36,799 nucleotides of DNA, from contig JALXAQ010000233.1 in NCBI GenBank assembly GCA_026991885.1, positions 1 to 36,799 of the forward strand, written 5' to 3'. Position numbers and translations under genes: made by a program. Each line of letters opens with the position of its first letter. Position 1 is the first letter of the stretch. Below the pieces are notes generated by a model that ran no database searches, was not told the origin of the DNA, and was given only the letters and a program-made list of their open reading frames with translations. This document shows positions 19,441 to 28,406 of the stretch, in pieces. The DNA is from Thiotrichaceae bacterium (GTDB taxonomy: Bacteria > Pseudomonadota > Gammaproteobacteria > Beggiatoales > Beggiatoaceae).

Positions 19441-19479
19441 CCTCAAAAAAAAGACGTGCAAAGCGTTGCTTTGCACGTC
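19441..19479 (-). terminator. glnA terminator
   Basis: GACGTGCAAAGC-AACG-CTTTGCACGTC hairpin followed on the minus strand by T8. Confidence 0.6.
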
Positions 19480-19500
19480 AAAATAAGGCTTATTTTATAA

Positions 19501-19534
19501 TATAAGCTATAAGCTATAAGCTATAAGCTATAAT
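19501..19534. repeat. Tandem heptamer (TATAAGC) x about 4.7, overlapping the glnA stop and last codons
   Basis: Direct reading of tataagctataagctataagctataagctataa. Confidence 0.9.
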
Positions 19535-20930
19535 ACATATCAAATTCCACGGGATGAGTGGTCATACGCAGCCGCGTGACTTCTTCCATCTTCAGAGCGA
19601 TGTAAGCATCAATCAAATCATTGGTAAACACGCCACCGGCTATCAAAAATTCACGGTCGTTGTCGAGTGCTTCTAACGCCATATCTAAGGAGTGGCAAAC
19701 GGTTGGAATGTTTTTCTCCAGTTCTGGCGGCAGATCGTACAAGTTTTTGTCCATGGCTTCACCAGGGTCAATCTTGTTTTGAATGCCATCCAGTCCCGCC
19801 ATTAGCATAGCGGAGAAGGCAAAATAGGGGTTGGCGGTTGAATCTGGAAAACGCACTTCAATACGGCGACCTTTAGGACTGGTCACGTAAGGTATGCGTA
19901 TTGAGGCTGAGCGGTTACGCGCTGAGTAAGCCAATAATGTGGGGGCTTCAAATCCGGGCACAAGACGTTTGTAGCTGTTCGTCGTGGCATTGGTAAATGC
20001 ATTGATGGCGCGTGCATGTTTGAGAATGCCGCCGATGTAATATAAGGCGGTTTCTGATAGACTACCATATTTATCGCCGGCAAAGACGTTATTGCCCTCT
20101 TTGCTCAAGGATTGATGCACATGCATGCCGTTGCCGTTGTCACCGACGAGGGGTTTAGGCATAAATGTCGCGGTTTTTCCGTAGCCATGGGCGACATTCA
20201 TAACGACATATTTAAGGAGTTGCACCTCGTCAGCTTTTTTGACTAAGGTGTTAAAGAATACGCCGATTTCAGCTTGTCCGCTTGTAGCGACTTCATGGTG
20301 ATGAACTTCGGCTTTTAAACCCATTTCTTCCATAGTCAAGCACATGGCTGAGCGGATGTCATGCTGAGAATCGACGGGCGGCACGGGAAAATATCCCCCT
20401 TTGACACCTGGACGATGCCCAAGGTTGCCATCATCATAGACTTTTTCTGAATTCCAGCCGGCTTCTTGTGAGTCCACTTTACAAAATGAGCCGCTGATAT
20501 CTGAGCCCCAACGCACGTCATCAAAAATGAAAAATTCATTTTCAGGGCCAAAATAGGCGGTATCGGCAATGCCGGTGGATTTTAGATAATTTTCTGCCCG
20601 TTTTGCCAAGGAGCGTGGATCGCGTTCATAACCTTGCATGGTGGCAGGCTCAATGACGTCACAACGTAAATTTAAGGTGACTTCATCGGCAAACGGATCT
20701 AGGACTGCTGTTTGATCTTCTGGCATTAAAATCATGTCTGATTCATTGATACCTTTCCATCCAGCAATGGACGAGCCATCAAACATTTTACCGTCAACAA
20801 AGAAATCTTCATCAACAGTATGCGCGAGTACTGTGACATGTTGTTCCTTGCCTTTGGTATCAGTAAAGCGGAGATCAACAAATTTGACATTGTTTTCCTT
20901 GAGCATGTTTAACACATTTTCACCGGACAT
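19521..20930 (-). CDS. glnA: Glutamine synthetase type I
   Basis: [32 protein letters not shown]-terminus. ATP- and glutamate-binding regions. The DMYYSL end matches GlnA. 469 aa. Confidence 0.95.
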   Translation of the reverse strand: MSGENVLNMLKENNVKFVDLRFTDTKGKEQHVTVLAHTVDEDFFVDGKMFDGSSIAGWKGINESDMILMPEDQTAVLDPFADEVTLNLRCDVIEPATMQGYERDPRSLAKRAENYLKSTGIADTAYFGPENEFFIFDDVRWGSDISGSFCKVDSQEAGWNSEKVYDDGNLGHRPGVKGGYFPVPPVDSQHDIRSAMCLTMEEMGLKAEVHHHEVATSGQAEIGVFFNTLVKKADEVQLLKYVVMNVAHGYGKTATFMPKPLVGDNGNGMHVHQSLSKEGNNVFAGDKYGSLSETALYYIGGILKHARAINAFTNATTNSYKRLVPGFEAPTLLAYSARNRSASIRIPYVTSPKGRRIEVRFPDSTANPYFAFSAMLMAGLDGIQNKIDPGEAMDKNLYDLPPELEKNIPTVCHSLDMALEALDNDREFLIAGGVFTNDLIDAYIALKMEEVTRLRMTTHPVEFDMYYSL

Positions 20931-20945
20931 TTCAATTACCTTTTA

Positions 20946-20972
20946 AAGTTATCAGTTATCAGTTATCAGTAT
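20946..20972. repeat. Tandem heptamer (AGTTATC) x 3 plus a partial unit, immediately upstream of the glnA RBS
   Basis: agttatcagttatcagttatcagtatc. On the coding strand this reads GATAACTGATAACTGATAACT. Confidence 0.85.
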
Positions 20973-21185
20973 CATGTAGGGGGTAGAGACGTTGAACGCA
21001 CCTGATTTTATCATGGTCAGACGAAAAAAAATACGCAGTATTTTTGGGTTGCATAATCCATGCTCAAAACCGTTTAAAAATTTAATTTATTATAAATTAA
21101 TAAGTTAAATCAATTCTATCCACCCGCTTGATTGTTGTGTTTATTGCAGAGACAATCGGATTTGTAGCAAAGATAACAAATTAGT

Positions 21186-22340
21186 TTAGCGATAATAGAC
21201 ATTAATAGCATGAATATCCGGCTCTTCAGCCGCCAAGTCAGCAAAACCTTGGGATAATTTCTGCGCTTCTTTTATATTTTCTACTGTTTTCAAGGGTAAA
21301 TAAACATCTACCGTCAGCTTGCCCGACAAATAATGCAAAGTGATTTGCTCAATTGCATGGGTAGCCTCTAAACATTGCCAGCACTGCTGCAAACGCGCTA
21401 TGACTTCCTGGCGTAAGGGCAAATTCAAATTAGGTTGTGATTTTTCATCATTTTCGGGATCAATATGTACCAGTACCTCGGCAATTTCTTCTATCTGATT
21501 AGTCAATCGGCTTCGCACCATTTCACCAATTTGATGGCCCTCTGATACACTGAGACGGGGATCGACCAAGATATGCACGTCCACTAAGGCATTGGCGCCC
21601 ATTTTGCGTGTGCGTAAATCATGCAACATGTGGACACCATCAACAGATTTAATAATCTTTTTAATTTTAATCAGTTGATTGTTATCCAATCCAGTATCCA
21701 CTAAATCCTTGATACCGTCCCTGCCCAAGCTCCAAGCAATATGGGCAATCATTAAGCTGACTCCAATCGCTGCTAGAGCATCGAAGCCTGATAATCCCGC
21801 CATACTCCCTGCTACGCCAAGCAATACAATAATTGATGAAATTGCGTCACTGCGATGATGCCAAGCATTGGCTTGTAACATTGGTGAGCGCACTTGCTTG
21901 GCAACATGGATTGTGTACTGGTATAAGGCTTCTTTGATTAAAATGGAGAGTAGGGCAACGGCGAGACTGACTGCGCTGGGTTGCCATAAGAGGGTGGGAT
22001 CAAATAAACGCCGTGTGGCATCTATCAACATGCCCGCCGCTACTAAGAAAAGTAAAACACCAACGGCTACGGTGGCTAAGGTTTCAAAGCGGGCATGTCC
22101 ATAAGGATGATCAGCATCGGCATCTTGTGTACTATACTTAGCGGCTATTAATATCATGCCATCACTGATTAAATCTGACAAGGAGTGCAAGCCATCGGCA
22201 ATTAAGGCTTGCGATTGTCCGATGATGCCAAATATTATTTTGACAATCGTTAATAATATATTGCCAACAACGCCTATGAGGGTGACATTGCGTATGGCAA
22301 TATAACGTTCTTTTTGTGGTGTATGGGATGTTTTAAGCAT
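21186..22340 (-). CDS. Cation diffusion facilitator (CDF) family metal efflux transporter
   Basis: SLSDLISDG and HPYGHARFE motifs. Six N-terminal TM helices. C-terminal cytoplasmic domain. Confidence 0.85.
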   Translation of the reverse strand: MLKTSHTPQKERYIAIRNVTLIGVVGNILLTIVKIIFGIIGQSQALIADGLHSLSDLISDGMILIAAKYSTQDADADHPYGHARFETLATVAVGVLLFLVAAGMLIDATRRLFDPTLLWQPSAVSLAVALLSILIKEALYQYTIHVAKQVRSPMLQANAWHHRSDAISSIIVLLGVAGSMAGLSGFDALAAIGVSLMIAHIAWSLGRDGIKDLVDTGLDNNQLIKIKKIIKSVDGVHMLHDLRTRKMGANALVDVHILVDPRLSVSEGHQIGEMVRSRLTNQIEEIAEVLVHIDPENDEKSQPNLNLPLRQEVIARLQQCWQCLEATHAIEQITLHYLSGKLTVDVYLPLKTVENIKEAQKLSQGFADLAAEEPDIHAINVYYR

Positions 22341-22383
22341 GTTATCTATTATAATCGGTTTGAATGTTCTGAGAAGTTAATCC

Positions 22384-22809
22384 ATGAATCCAAATAATGA
22401 GGCTGATGTTAAACAAGGTGGTAATGCAAGTGTTCTCGCGGGTGTTCCCAAATCTTTGCCGGCTTTGCTCAAGGCTTTGCGTATTCAAGAAAAAGCATCT
22501 GCTGTCGGTTTTGATTGGCAACGACGAGAGGAGGTTTGGGGGAAAGTTCGTGAGGAATTAGCGGAATTTAAAGAGAGTGCGAGTCGTGAGGAGGCTGAAC
22601 AGGAATTTGGCGATTTGTTATTTTCATTGGTTAATTACGCACGATTTGTAGATATAAATCCTGAAACGGCTTTGGAAAAAAGCAATAAAAAATTTATTAA
22701 GCGGTTTAATTATATAGAATCCGCCACGCGGGCTGCTGGAAAAACGTTGCAGGAAATCTCTTTAGCTGATATGGATGCTTATTGGGAAGAGGCTAAAATA
22801 ATTGTTTGA
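22384..22809 (+). CDS. Single-domain MazG-like nucleotide pyrophosphohydrolase (corresponds to the C-terminal half of E. coli MazG)
   Basis: LPALLKALRIQEKASAVGFDW and EEAEQEFGDLLFSLVNYARF (EExxE/D). An in-frame stop 6 nt upstream of the ATG precludes a longer ORF. Confidence 0.7.
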   Translation: MNPNNEADVKQGGNASVLAGVPKSLPALLKALRIQEKASAVGFDWQRREEVWGKVREELAEFKESASREEAEQEFGDLLFSLVNYARFVDINPETALEKSNKKFIKRFNYIESATRAAGKTLQEISLADMDAYWEEAKIIV

Positions 22810-22930
22810 CTTTATATTTTAAATTGAGTACCATTCCCACCGTGAGTTTTTGGTGCATGTTCTAAAAACGAGCATTTGATTATTAGATATTAGATTAGAA
22901 GTAGCTTTTGAGAAAATGAGGTTAATTTGT

Positions 22931-23134
22931 ATGATGGAAGGCACCGTAAAGTGGTTCAATGAGACCCGAGGTTATGGTTTTATTTCTCCGTCCGATGGCG
23001 GCAGGGATGTGTTTGTTCATTTCTCCGCAATCCAAAAAGAGGGCTTTAAAACTCTCCATGAAGGACAAACGGTTGAATTTGAATCGACAGAAGGTCCAAA
23101 GGGACCACAGGTGACCAAGTGCAATCCACTTTGA
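22931..23134 (+). CDS. Cold-shock protein (CspA family)
   Basis: [15 protein letters not shown] (RNP1) and VFVHFSAI (RNP2). Confidence 0.9.
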   Translation: MMEGTVKWFNETRGYGFISPSDGGRDVFVHFSAIQKEGFKTLHEGQTVEFESTEGPKGPQVTKCNPL

Positions 23135-23169
23135 AATAAGTTGGTAGGTTTCTAGGTGACATGTTTTAA

Positions 23170-23195
23170 GGCGTCCAAGATAAATCTTGGACTCC
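23170..23195. repeat. 26-bp palindromic element, copy B (core GTCCAAGATAAATCTTGGAC)
   Basis: GGCGTCCAAGATAAATCTTGGACTCCG plus a shared 3' extension GACAATCAATATTTTT. Confidence 0.8.
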
Positions 23196-23253
23196 GACAA
23201 TCAATATTTTTGTTGCCCGTAACCCGTTATGGTTGTGGGCATTTTTGATCGTA

Positions 23254-23856
23254 TTACAAAGCAAAGAACAAATCATACAATTCATCAGTCGCATAATTAG
23301 CAGCAGTGCTACCATCACTGTTTTTAAGCCCTCGAATACGACCAGACGCTGATTGACCGTCATCAAGGCGAGCCTCAATGATGAGGGCAATGTTTTGAGG
23401 TATTTTGGTGAATGCAATGAACGTCCCAGAAATACCAGCCGCTCCGCTAGAAACCCCTATTATGCCAGTCAATGTATTGTTAGGTTGTTCTTGGCCAGCC
23501 CCTGCGACGAATCCTGCGTTGCGTAAGTGCAACCAAAAAAGGCGAGACTCTACATTGGCTGTTGTTGAATCAAACACACCACCAATTGTGCCGTCGCCAT
23601 CACCACATAAATTGCTGGTGCTACAATCTGCTATATCAGTAAATCTATCCGCCTTCTTGTCATCCCCAGGTAAGGCACGATAACGATCTTGATAGCTATA
23701 AATGGCTGCCACGATCCCATTATATTCATTCTCAATATTTTTGGCTCTCGCGTTGGTAATCATTTCTTGTCCTTTGAGCACTGCTCCCAACAGTAAGCCA
23801 ATAATCACCATCACTATGGCGATTTCTACTAATGTAAATCCAGTTTGTTTTTTCAT
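23254..23856 (-). CDS. Type IV pilin / pseudopilin-like protein (prepilin N-terminal methylation domain)
   Basis: MKKQTGFTLVEIAIVMVIIGLLLG class III signal plus conserved Glu5. Confidence 0.8.
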   Translation of the reverse strand: MKKQTGFTLVEIAIVMVIIGLLLGAVLKGQEMITNARAKNIENEYNGIVAAIYSYQDRYRALPGDDKKADRFTDIADCSTSNLCGDGDGTIGGVFDSTTANVESRLFWLHLRNAGFVAGAGQEQPNNTLTGIIGVSSGAAGISGTFIAFTKIPQNIALIIEARLDDGQSASGRIRGLKNSDGSTAANYATDELYDLFFAL

Positions 23857-23877
23857 TTTTATTGTTCTCCATCATTT

Positions 23878-23902
23878 ATTTCCAAGATAAATCTTGGACT
23901 CC
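23878..23902. repeat. 26-bp palindromic element, copy C
   Basis: TTTCCAAGATAAATCTTGGACTCC plus the shared extension TGACAATCATAAATTTTT. Same orientation as copy B. Confidence 0.75.
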
Positions 23903-23945
23903 TGACAATCATAAATTTTTACAATGTATTAATCAACACTTAACC

Positions 23946-25607
23946 ATGTCTGAACATTTAAGTTCACTGATTCCACCTAAACACGAACATCGCCTGCTAG
24001 GTTTAATGTTAATCACCTGGCATATTGCCTTGTGTTGGGATATTTCTGAGCGATTTTTGCCTTTTGTCCTGCTGATTCATGTCGGTTTTTTTATATTCTG
24101 GATAGCTTTAGATTTACACTCGATTAAAAATCGGGTTGTCCTTGCTATCGTTATTTTAGTATTTATTGTTTTTCCCAATATTTGGTTGATGACTCTTTGG
24201 CAAATCATCTTATTGGGTTTAATGGGCGGACGCGATCTCGTTCAACCCCGCGACCGGATTATCAATATAGCTGCCATCCTTTTTTTGAGCTTGGACTTAT
24301 TTCTCATTAATTTACCTCAATTGATTGTTATCGAGGGATTGGCTTTGCTTGTACCGAACATCGCGCTCAATTATGGGGTGCTGTGTGTGCCGTTGACTTT
24401 TTTATTTATCTCTGCTGATGAACACCGCGATTATATTGATTTTTTTCATGGATTAACGGTCAGTTTGTTGATGGTTATTATGGTATTGGGCAGCCTTGTT
24501 ATCATGTCTCAGAGCCATGTGAGTTTACCACTTGCCATTTTTCAAATGTCCTTAGCAATAACAATATTTATTTTGGCAATCAGTGGCATATTCGCAAACG
24601 AAGAAAATGTTGAACAACAATGGACACGCCATTTATTCAACATGGGTGGTCATTTTGAACAATGGATAAATGATCTCGCCAAACCGCACAACTATAAAAG
24701 TTTAACCCCTCAAGAATTTATACAAGCAGGCTTTGAGCAACTCTCCACTTTACCCTGGATATCCGGTATTGCCTGGCATTCTCCCTATAGTGAAGAAATG
24801 CTAGGTGAACAGCAACAACAACAAATCACACTCACAGCGCAAAGCCTTGAAGTCACCATTTATACATATCACCGCATCAGTGCCAGCCAACACTTTCAGA
24901 TCAAAACCCTCATACAATTGCTAGAACATTTTCACCAAGCCAGGCGCCGTGAAGCCGCCTTTGCACAACAAGCCCATTTGCAAGCGATTCATGAAACGGG
25001 GGCTAAATTGACTCATGACATCAAAAACCTATTACAATCTTTACATGCCATTACCTCAGTTATAGAAAGCTCTCCCCCCCAAAAATTTGGCGATACTCAG
25101 CGCTTGTTGCAAGGACAAATGCCACATTTGACTCAGCGCCTAAAACGTACCTTGGATAAATTACAAAAACCGGCGGAATTTTCTTATTCACACGTACCTG
25201 TCACCCTTTGGTGGGAGAATTTGAAAACCCGTTATCGCAAAAGTCACATTGAATTTTCGGATTATAAGGAAATTGAAAATATTCTCATTCCAGAAGATTT
25301 ATTTGATAATGTCTCAGAAAATTTGTTACAAAACGCTCTGACAAAACGCCAACGTGAGCCTGAATTAGAAATCAATGTACTGTTGCATATCAGTAAACGT
25401 CGCTTACAATTGAGTGTATGCGATAATGGTAGTCCAATACCCGAAGAAATTACTAATCAACTATTTAGTCAACCTGTACCTTCTCGTGATGGGTTTGGTA
25501 TCGGTCTTTATCAGGCGGTTAAACAATTGGCGCATACCGGATACAAACTCAAGATCGTTGAGAATATAGAAGGTCAAGTCTGTTTTGAATTAGCGAGCAC
25601 TGAATAA
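23946..25607 (+). CDS. Multi-pass membrane sensor histidine kinase (about 8 TM helices, HisKA plus HATPase_c)
   Basis: H-box HDIKNLLQSL. N-box LLQNAL. G1 DNGSPIPEE. G2 GFGIGL. N-terminal 250 aa polytopic. Start moved to MSEHL because the upstream Met overlaps repeat copy C. Confidence 0.8.
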   Translation: MSEHLSSLIPPKHEHRLLGLMLITWHIALCWDISERFLPFVLLIHVGFFIFWIALDLHSIKNRVVLAIVILVFIVFPNIWLMTLWQIILLGLMGGRDLVQPRDRIINIAAILFLSLDLFLINLPQLIVIEGLALLVPNIALNYGVLCVPLTFLFISADEHRDYIDFFHGLTVSLLMVIMVLGSLVIMSQSHVSLPLAIFQMSLAITIFILAISGIFANEENVEQQWTRHLFNMGGHFEQWINDLAKPHNYKSLTPQEFIQAGFEQLSTLPWISGIAWHSPYSEEMLGEQQQQQITLTAQSLEVTIYTYHRISASQHFQIKTLIQLLEHFHQARRREAAFAQQAHLQAIHETGAKLTHDIKNLLQSLHAITSVIESSPPQKFGDTQRLLQGQMPHLTQRLKRTLDKLQKPAEFSYSHVPVTLWWENLKTRYRKSHIEFSDYKEIENILIPEDLFDNVSENLLQNALTKRQREPELEINVLLHISKRRLQLSVCDNGSPIPEEITNQLFSQPVPSRDGFGIGLYQAVKQLAHTGYKLKIVENIEGQVCFELASTE

Positions 25608-25624
25608 TCTAGTGGAGAATTGAT

Positions 25625-25990
25625 ATGTCAACACCTTTTTTTCTGAAGCGCCTCAATGATCATATTCAATATTTAAGAAATATTGAGGCTACCCTGGCAG
25701 GGACAGGGGATTTTCAAGGCACTGATCACCATGATTGTCAATTAGGACAATGGCTTTATGGTGATGGTCCTAATCAAGTGGCAGCCCTAGACAACAGCAA
25801 AGTTCAGGAAATTTTTGATAGCTTATTTGAGCCACATGAACAGTTTCACACTGTCAGCAAACAAGCACTGGAAAAAAAACAAGCGGGTGATGAGGGAGCC
25901 GCTCAAAACACCATGACGGAAATGTACAAAATCTCGCATATCCTCACGCAAAAATTGCTAAAACTGGATGGCCTGACTAAAGGCGAATAG
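25625..25990 (+). CDS. Stand-alone CZB (chemoreceptor zinc-binding) domain protein
   Basis: HHDCQLGQWL ... HEQFH matches the CZB H-x3-C-x-LG-x-W ... HxxxH signature. GGAG RBS. Confidence 0.65.
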   Translation: MSTPFFLKRLNDHIQYLRNIEATLAGTGDFQGTDHHDCQLGQWLYGDGPNQVAALDNSKVQEIFDSLFEPHEQFHTVSKQALEKKQAGDEGAAQNTMTEMYKISHILTQKLLKLDGLTKGE

Positions 25991-26000
25991 AAAACTATCT

Positions 26001-27128
26001 ATGGAAATAGTCGCAGACGAAAATATCCCTTTTGTAAGTACAGTATTTGCCAGTTTAGGTGAAGTCCGTACTCTTATTGGGCGGCAAATCAATCGCGCCG
26101 ATTTAGGCGATGCTGAAGTCTTATTAGTGCGATCTGTCACCCAAGTCGATGAAAAATTACTGGCGGGCAGTGCTGTGCGCTTTGTTGGTACAGCAACCAT
26201 CGGATTAGATCATATTGATTTAGATTATCTCTCCAAAAAAAATATGGCTTTTGCCAGTGCCCAGGGTAGTAATGCGACTTCGGCAGCAGAATATGTCATC
26301 AGTGCTTTATTGATTATCGCGGAACGTCAAGGATTTCAACTACGCGACAAAACGGTAGGCATTATTGGTTGTGGCAATGTTGGCTCTCGTGTGTTGAAAA
26401 AATTAAAAGCCTTGGGCGTGGAATGTATTATCCATGATCCGCCATTGCAAGAAAAAACAGATAATCGGGATTATGTCGATTTAAACACTGTGCGATGTGC
26501 AGACATTATCACCCTGCATGTGCCACTCAGCAAAGGTGGGCGTTATCCCACTGAGCATTTAATCAATGCCGACTTTCTCAGCAAGTTACAAGATGATGTG
26601 ATTTTAGTGAATACATCACGCGGGGGAGTGGTGGATGAAAGGGCTTTATTAGAAAGGGCAACAATGACGACTATATTGGATGTGTGGAAAAATGAACCCA
26701 ATATTAATCAATTGTTGTTAGAACGCGCTACTTTAGGGACTCCGCATATTGCGGGTTATAGTTTTGATGGTAAGGTGCGAGGAACAGAGATGTTATATGC
26801 TGCCGTGTGTGACTATTTTCAGCAAACACCGCAAGCACAAATCACTTTGCCCGCACCCCCACTGAAACGATTAACTTTTTCCCACACAATTGATGATCAA
26901 GTTGCCATACAGTCTGCTGTTATGGCTTGTTATGATGTGCGCCGCGATGATGCCGCACTCCGCCGATCTAGTGCCTATTTTGATAATTTAAGAAAAAACT
27001 ATCCGATGCGGCGAGAATTCAGTTGTGTTGAAATTGAATTACCTGCGGAAAAATCGGCACTTGCGGCACAATTGCGGGGACTAGGATTTATTGTAAGGCA
27101 TCACGCACACGCAACATTTGCGCCTTAG
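26001..27128 (+). CDS. pdxB: Erythronate-4-phosphate dehydrogenase
   Basis: MEIVADENIPF start. GIIGCGNVGSRV NAD-binding motif. D-2-hydroxyacid dehydrogenase catalytic region. About 375 aa. Confidence 0.85.
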   Translation: MEIVADENIPFVSTVFASLGEVRTLIGRQINRADLGDAEVLLVRSVTQVDEKLLAGSAVRFVGTATIGLDHIDLDYLSKKNMAFASAQGSNATSAAEYVISALLIIAERQGFQLRDKTVGIIGCGNVGSRVLKKLKALGVECIIHDPPLQEKTDNRDYVDLNTVRCADIITLHVPLSKGGRYPTEHLINADFLSKLQDDVILVNTSRGGVVDERALLERATMTTILDVWKNEPNINQLLLERATLGTPHIAGYSFDGKVRGTEMLYAAVCDYFQQTPQAQITLPAPPLKRLTFSHTIDDQVAIQSAVMACYDVRRDDAALRRSSAYFDNLRKNYPMRREFSCVEIELPAEKSALAAQLRGLGFIVRHHAHATFAP

Positions 27129-27474
27129 CCTCTTCTGCAATCGGAGTGATTTCGGGATTATTGGTTAATCCAAAAACTTTGGCAGGATCCATGAAAGTCA
27201 CAGTTGTTGAGCCATCGGCTTCTTCACGAAGTAAGACATTGCATGGAAATAATGCGCCTATATCAGCATGTTGACTGATCAAGCGATGCGCGAGAGAAGG
27301 ACTACAGGCACTCAAAATACGATAGTGAGGCATATCTATGCCTAACTTATTTTTAAGAACGCTATTGACATGAATCTCATTCAAAATACCAAATTTCTCT
27401 TTTTGCAAGGCTTCTGTTACTCGTTTGACGGCAGTATCGAAGTCATCTTTCAGTTTGACATTAAAAGTAGGCAT
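27088..27474 (-). CDS. DUF302 domain protein
   Basis: AVKRVTEALQKEKFGILNEIHV...YRILSACSPSLAHRL...FPCNVLL pattern typical of DUF302. 3' end convergently overlaps pdxB by 41 nt. Confidence 0.75.
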   Translation of the reverse strand: MPTFNVKLKDDFDTAVKRVTEALQKEKFGILNEIHVNSVLKNKLGIDMPHYRILSACSPSLAHRLISQHADIGALFPCNVLLREEADGSTTVTFMDPAKVFGLTNNPEITPIAEEAKAQMLRVRDALQ

Positions 27475-27502
27475 AACAAATAAAATCTTCGCTTAGATTT
27501 AG

Positions 27503-27526
27503 GAGTCCAAGATTTATCTTGGACTT
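27503..27526. repeat. 26-bp palindromic element, copy D
   Basis: GGAGTCCAAGATTTATCTTGGACT. Confidence 0.8.
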
Positions 27527-27530
27527 ATGT

Positions 27531-28100
27531 TCAAGGAAAAGGAAAATATTTCATAGGGGCAGTCATTCTATTCACATTAGAGCCCATGACACCCAATTGA
27601 CTATTTAAACCACTAAATTGGTGATTCATTTTTGCCAAGTCAACTCTCATCAGAGCGATATTATCGCTCAATGTTATAACACTGCTGTTTATCTGATTGA
27701 TACTTGTATTTATATCATTGATATTGGTGTTTATATTAGTGACAGACTCATTCATCATTGTGATGACTTTGGCATGTTCATCTAAATTATCTAATGAGTG
27801 TTTCACTCCATAGACATTTCCAGCAACCACTGTAAGATTTTGACTGATATTTTTCATATAACCAGCCACCTCATCTAGGCGTTGAGTGATGTTGCCCATA
27901 TCTGATAATAGTACGACTATAAGAGCAAACATGGCAGCAGCCCAAATCATTAAACTAATCATACTAAATCGGATAAGTTGGGCAGTCTGTGCGCTGATTT
28001 CAAAGATCAAGCTTTCTCGACGTTGCATTGCCAAATTGAACTCACGCAGGCTGCTTTCAACGAGTTCGGCTATTTCTTTAGGATTCTCATTTTCGCTCAT
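27531..28100 (-). CDS. Membrane-anchored protein with an Asn/Ile-rich heptad-like repeat region
   Basis: One TM (LIRFSMISLMIWAAAMFALIVVLL) followed by NESVTNINTNINDINTSINQINSSVITLSDNI. Start set at MSENEN to avoid overlap with acyP. Confidence 0.5.
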   Translation of the reverse strand: MSENENPKEIAELVESSLREFNLAMQRRESLIFEISAQTAQLIRFSMISLMIWAAAMFALIVVLLSDMGNITQRLDEVAGYMKNISQNLTVVAGNVYGVKHSLDNLDEHAKVITMMNESVTNINTNINDINTSINQINSSVITLSDNIALMRVDLAKMNHQFSGLNSQLGVMGSNVNRMTAPMKYFPFP

Positions 28101-28110
28101 AAATATCACT

Positions 28111-28389
28111 TTAGCCAATTCCAAAGCCAGTGGGACAATCGGGATAATCGACTGTTTGACATTGAACATCCGTTACGGATGCCAAAGAAGGGCCGTCGTG
28201 TAACCAAGCCCGTAGCTTATCGACTGCATTGGACGTACCACAGGCTAAAACCTCAACACGCCCATCGGCCAAATTACGCGCCCAACCTGATACGCCTAAA
28301 CCTTGCGCTTGTTTACGAGTATAATAACGAAATGATACGCCTTGAACACGTCCACTGATAAAACAGTGTTGACATATTTTTTTTTCCAT
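28111..28389 (-). CDS. acyP: Acylphosphatase
   Basis: ISGRVQGVSFRYYT and GWARNLADGRVEV signature motifs. 92 aa. Confidence 0.85.
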   Translation of the reverse strand: MEKKICQHCFISGRVQGVSFRYYTRKQAQGLGVSGWARNLADGRVEVLACGTSNAVDKLRAWLHDGPSLASVTDVQCQTVDYPDCPTGFGIG

Positions 28390-28406
28390 TTGAGTTACCT
28401 ACTATT

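Noticed and set aside
19434-19476. Longer glgP N-terminus starting at 19476 (MQSNALHVFFLRIT)
   Set aside because: These codons are the glnA terminator hairpin. The MSAQEF start at 19434 is preferred.
20931-21185. Sigma54/NtrC-type promoter upstream of glnA
   Set aside because: Expected on established knowledge of gammaproteobacterial glnA. I could not find a convincing TGGCAC-N5-TTGCA or NtrC palindrome by eye, so it is not reported as a feature.
23405-23890. ORFs 23405..23683 and 23702..23890 (+) antisense to the pilin gene
   Set aside because: Low-complexity translations of the pilin antisense strand. The pilin reading frame has the diagnostic N-terminal motif.
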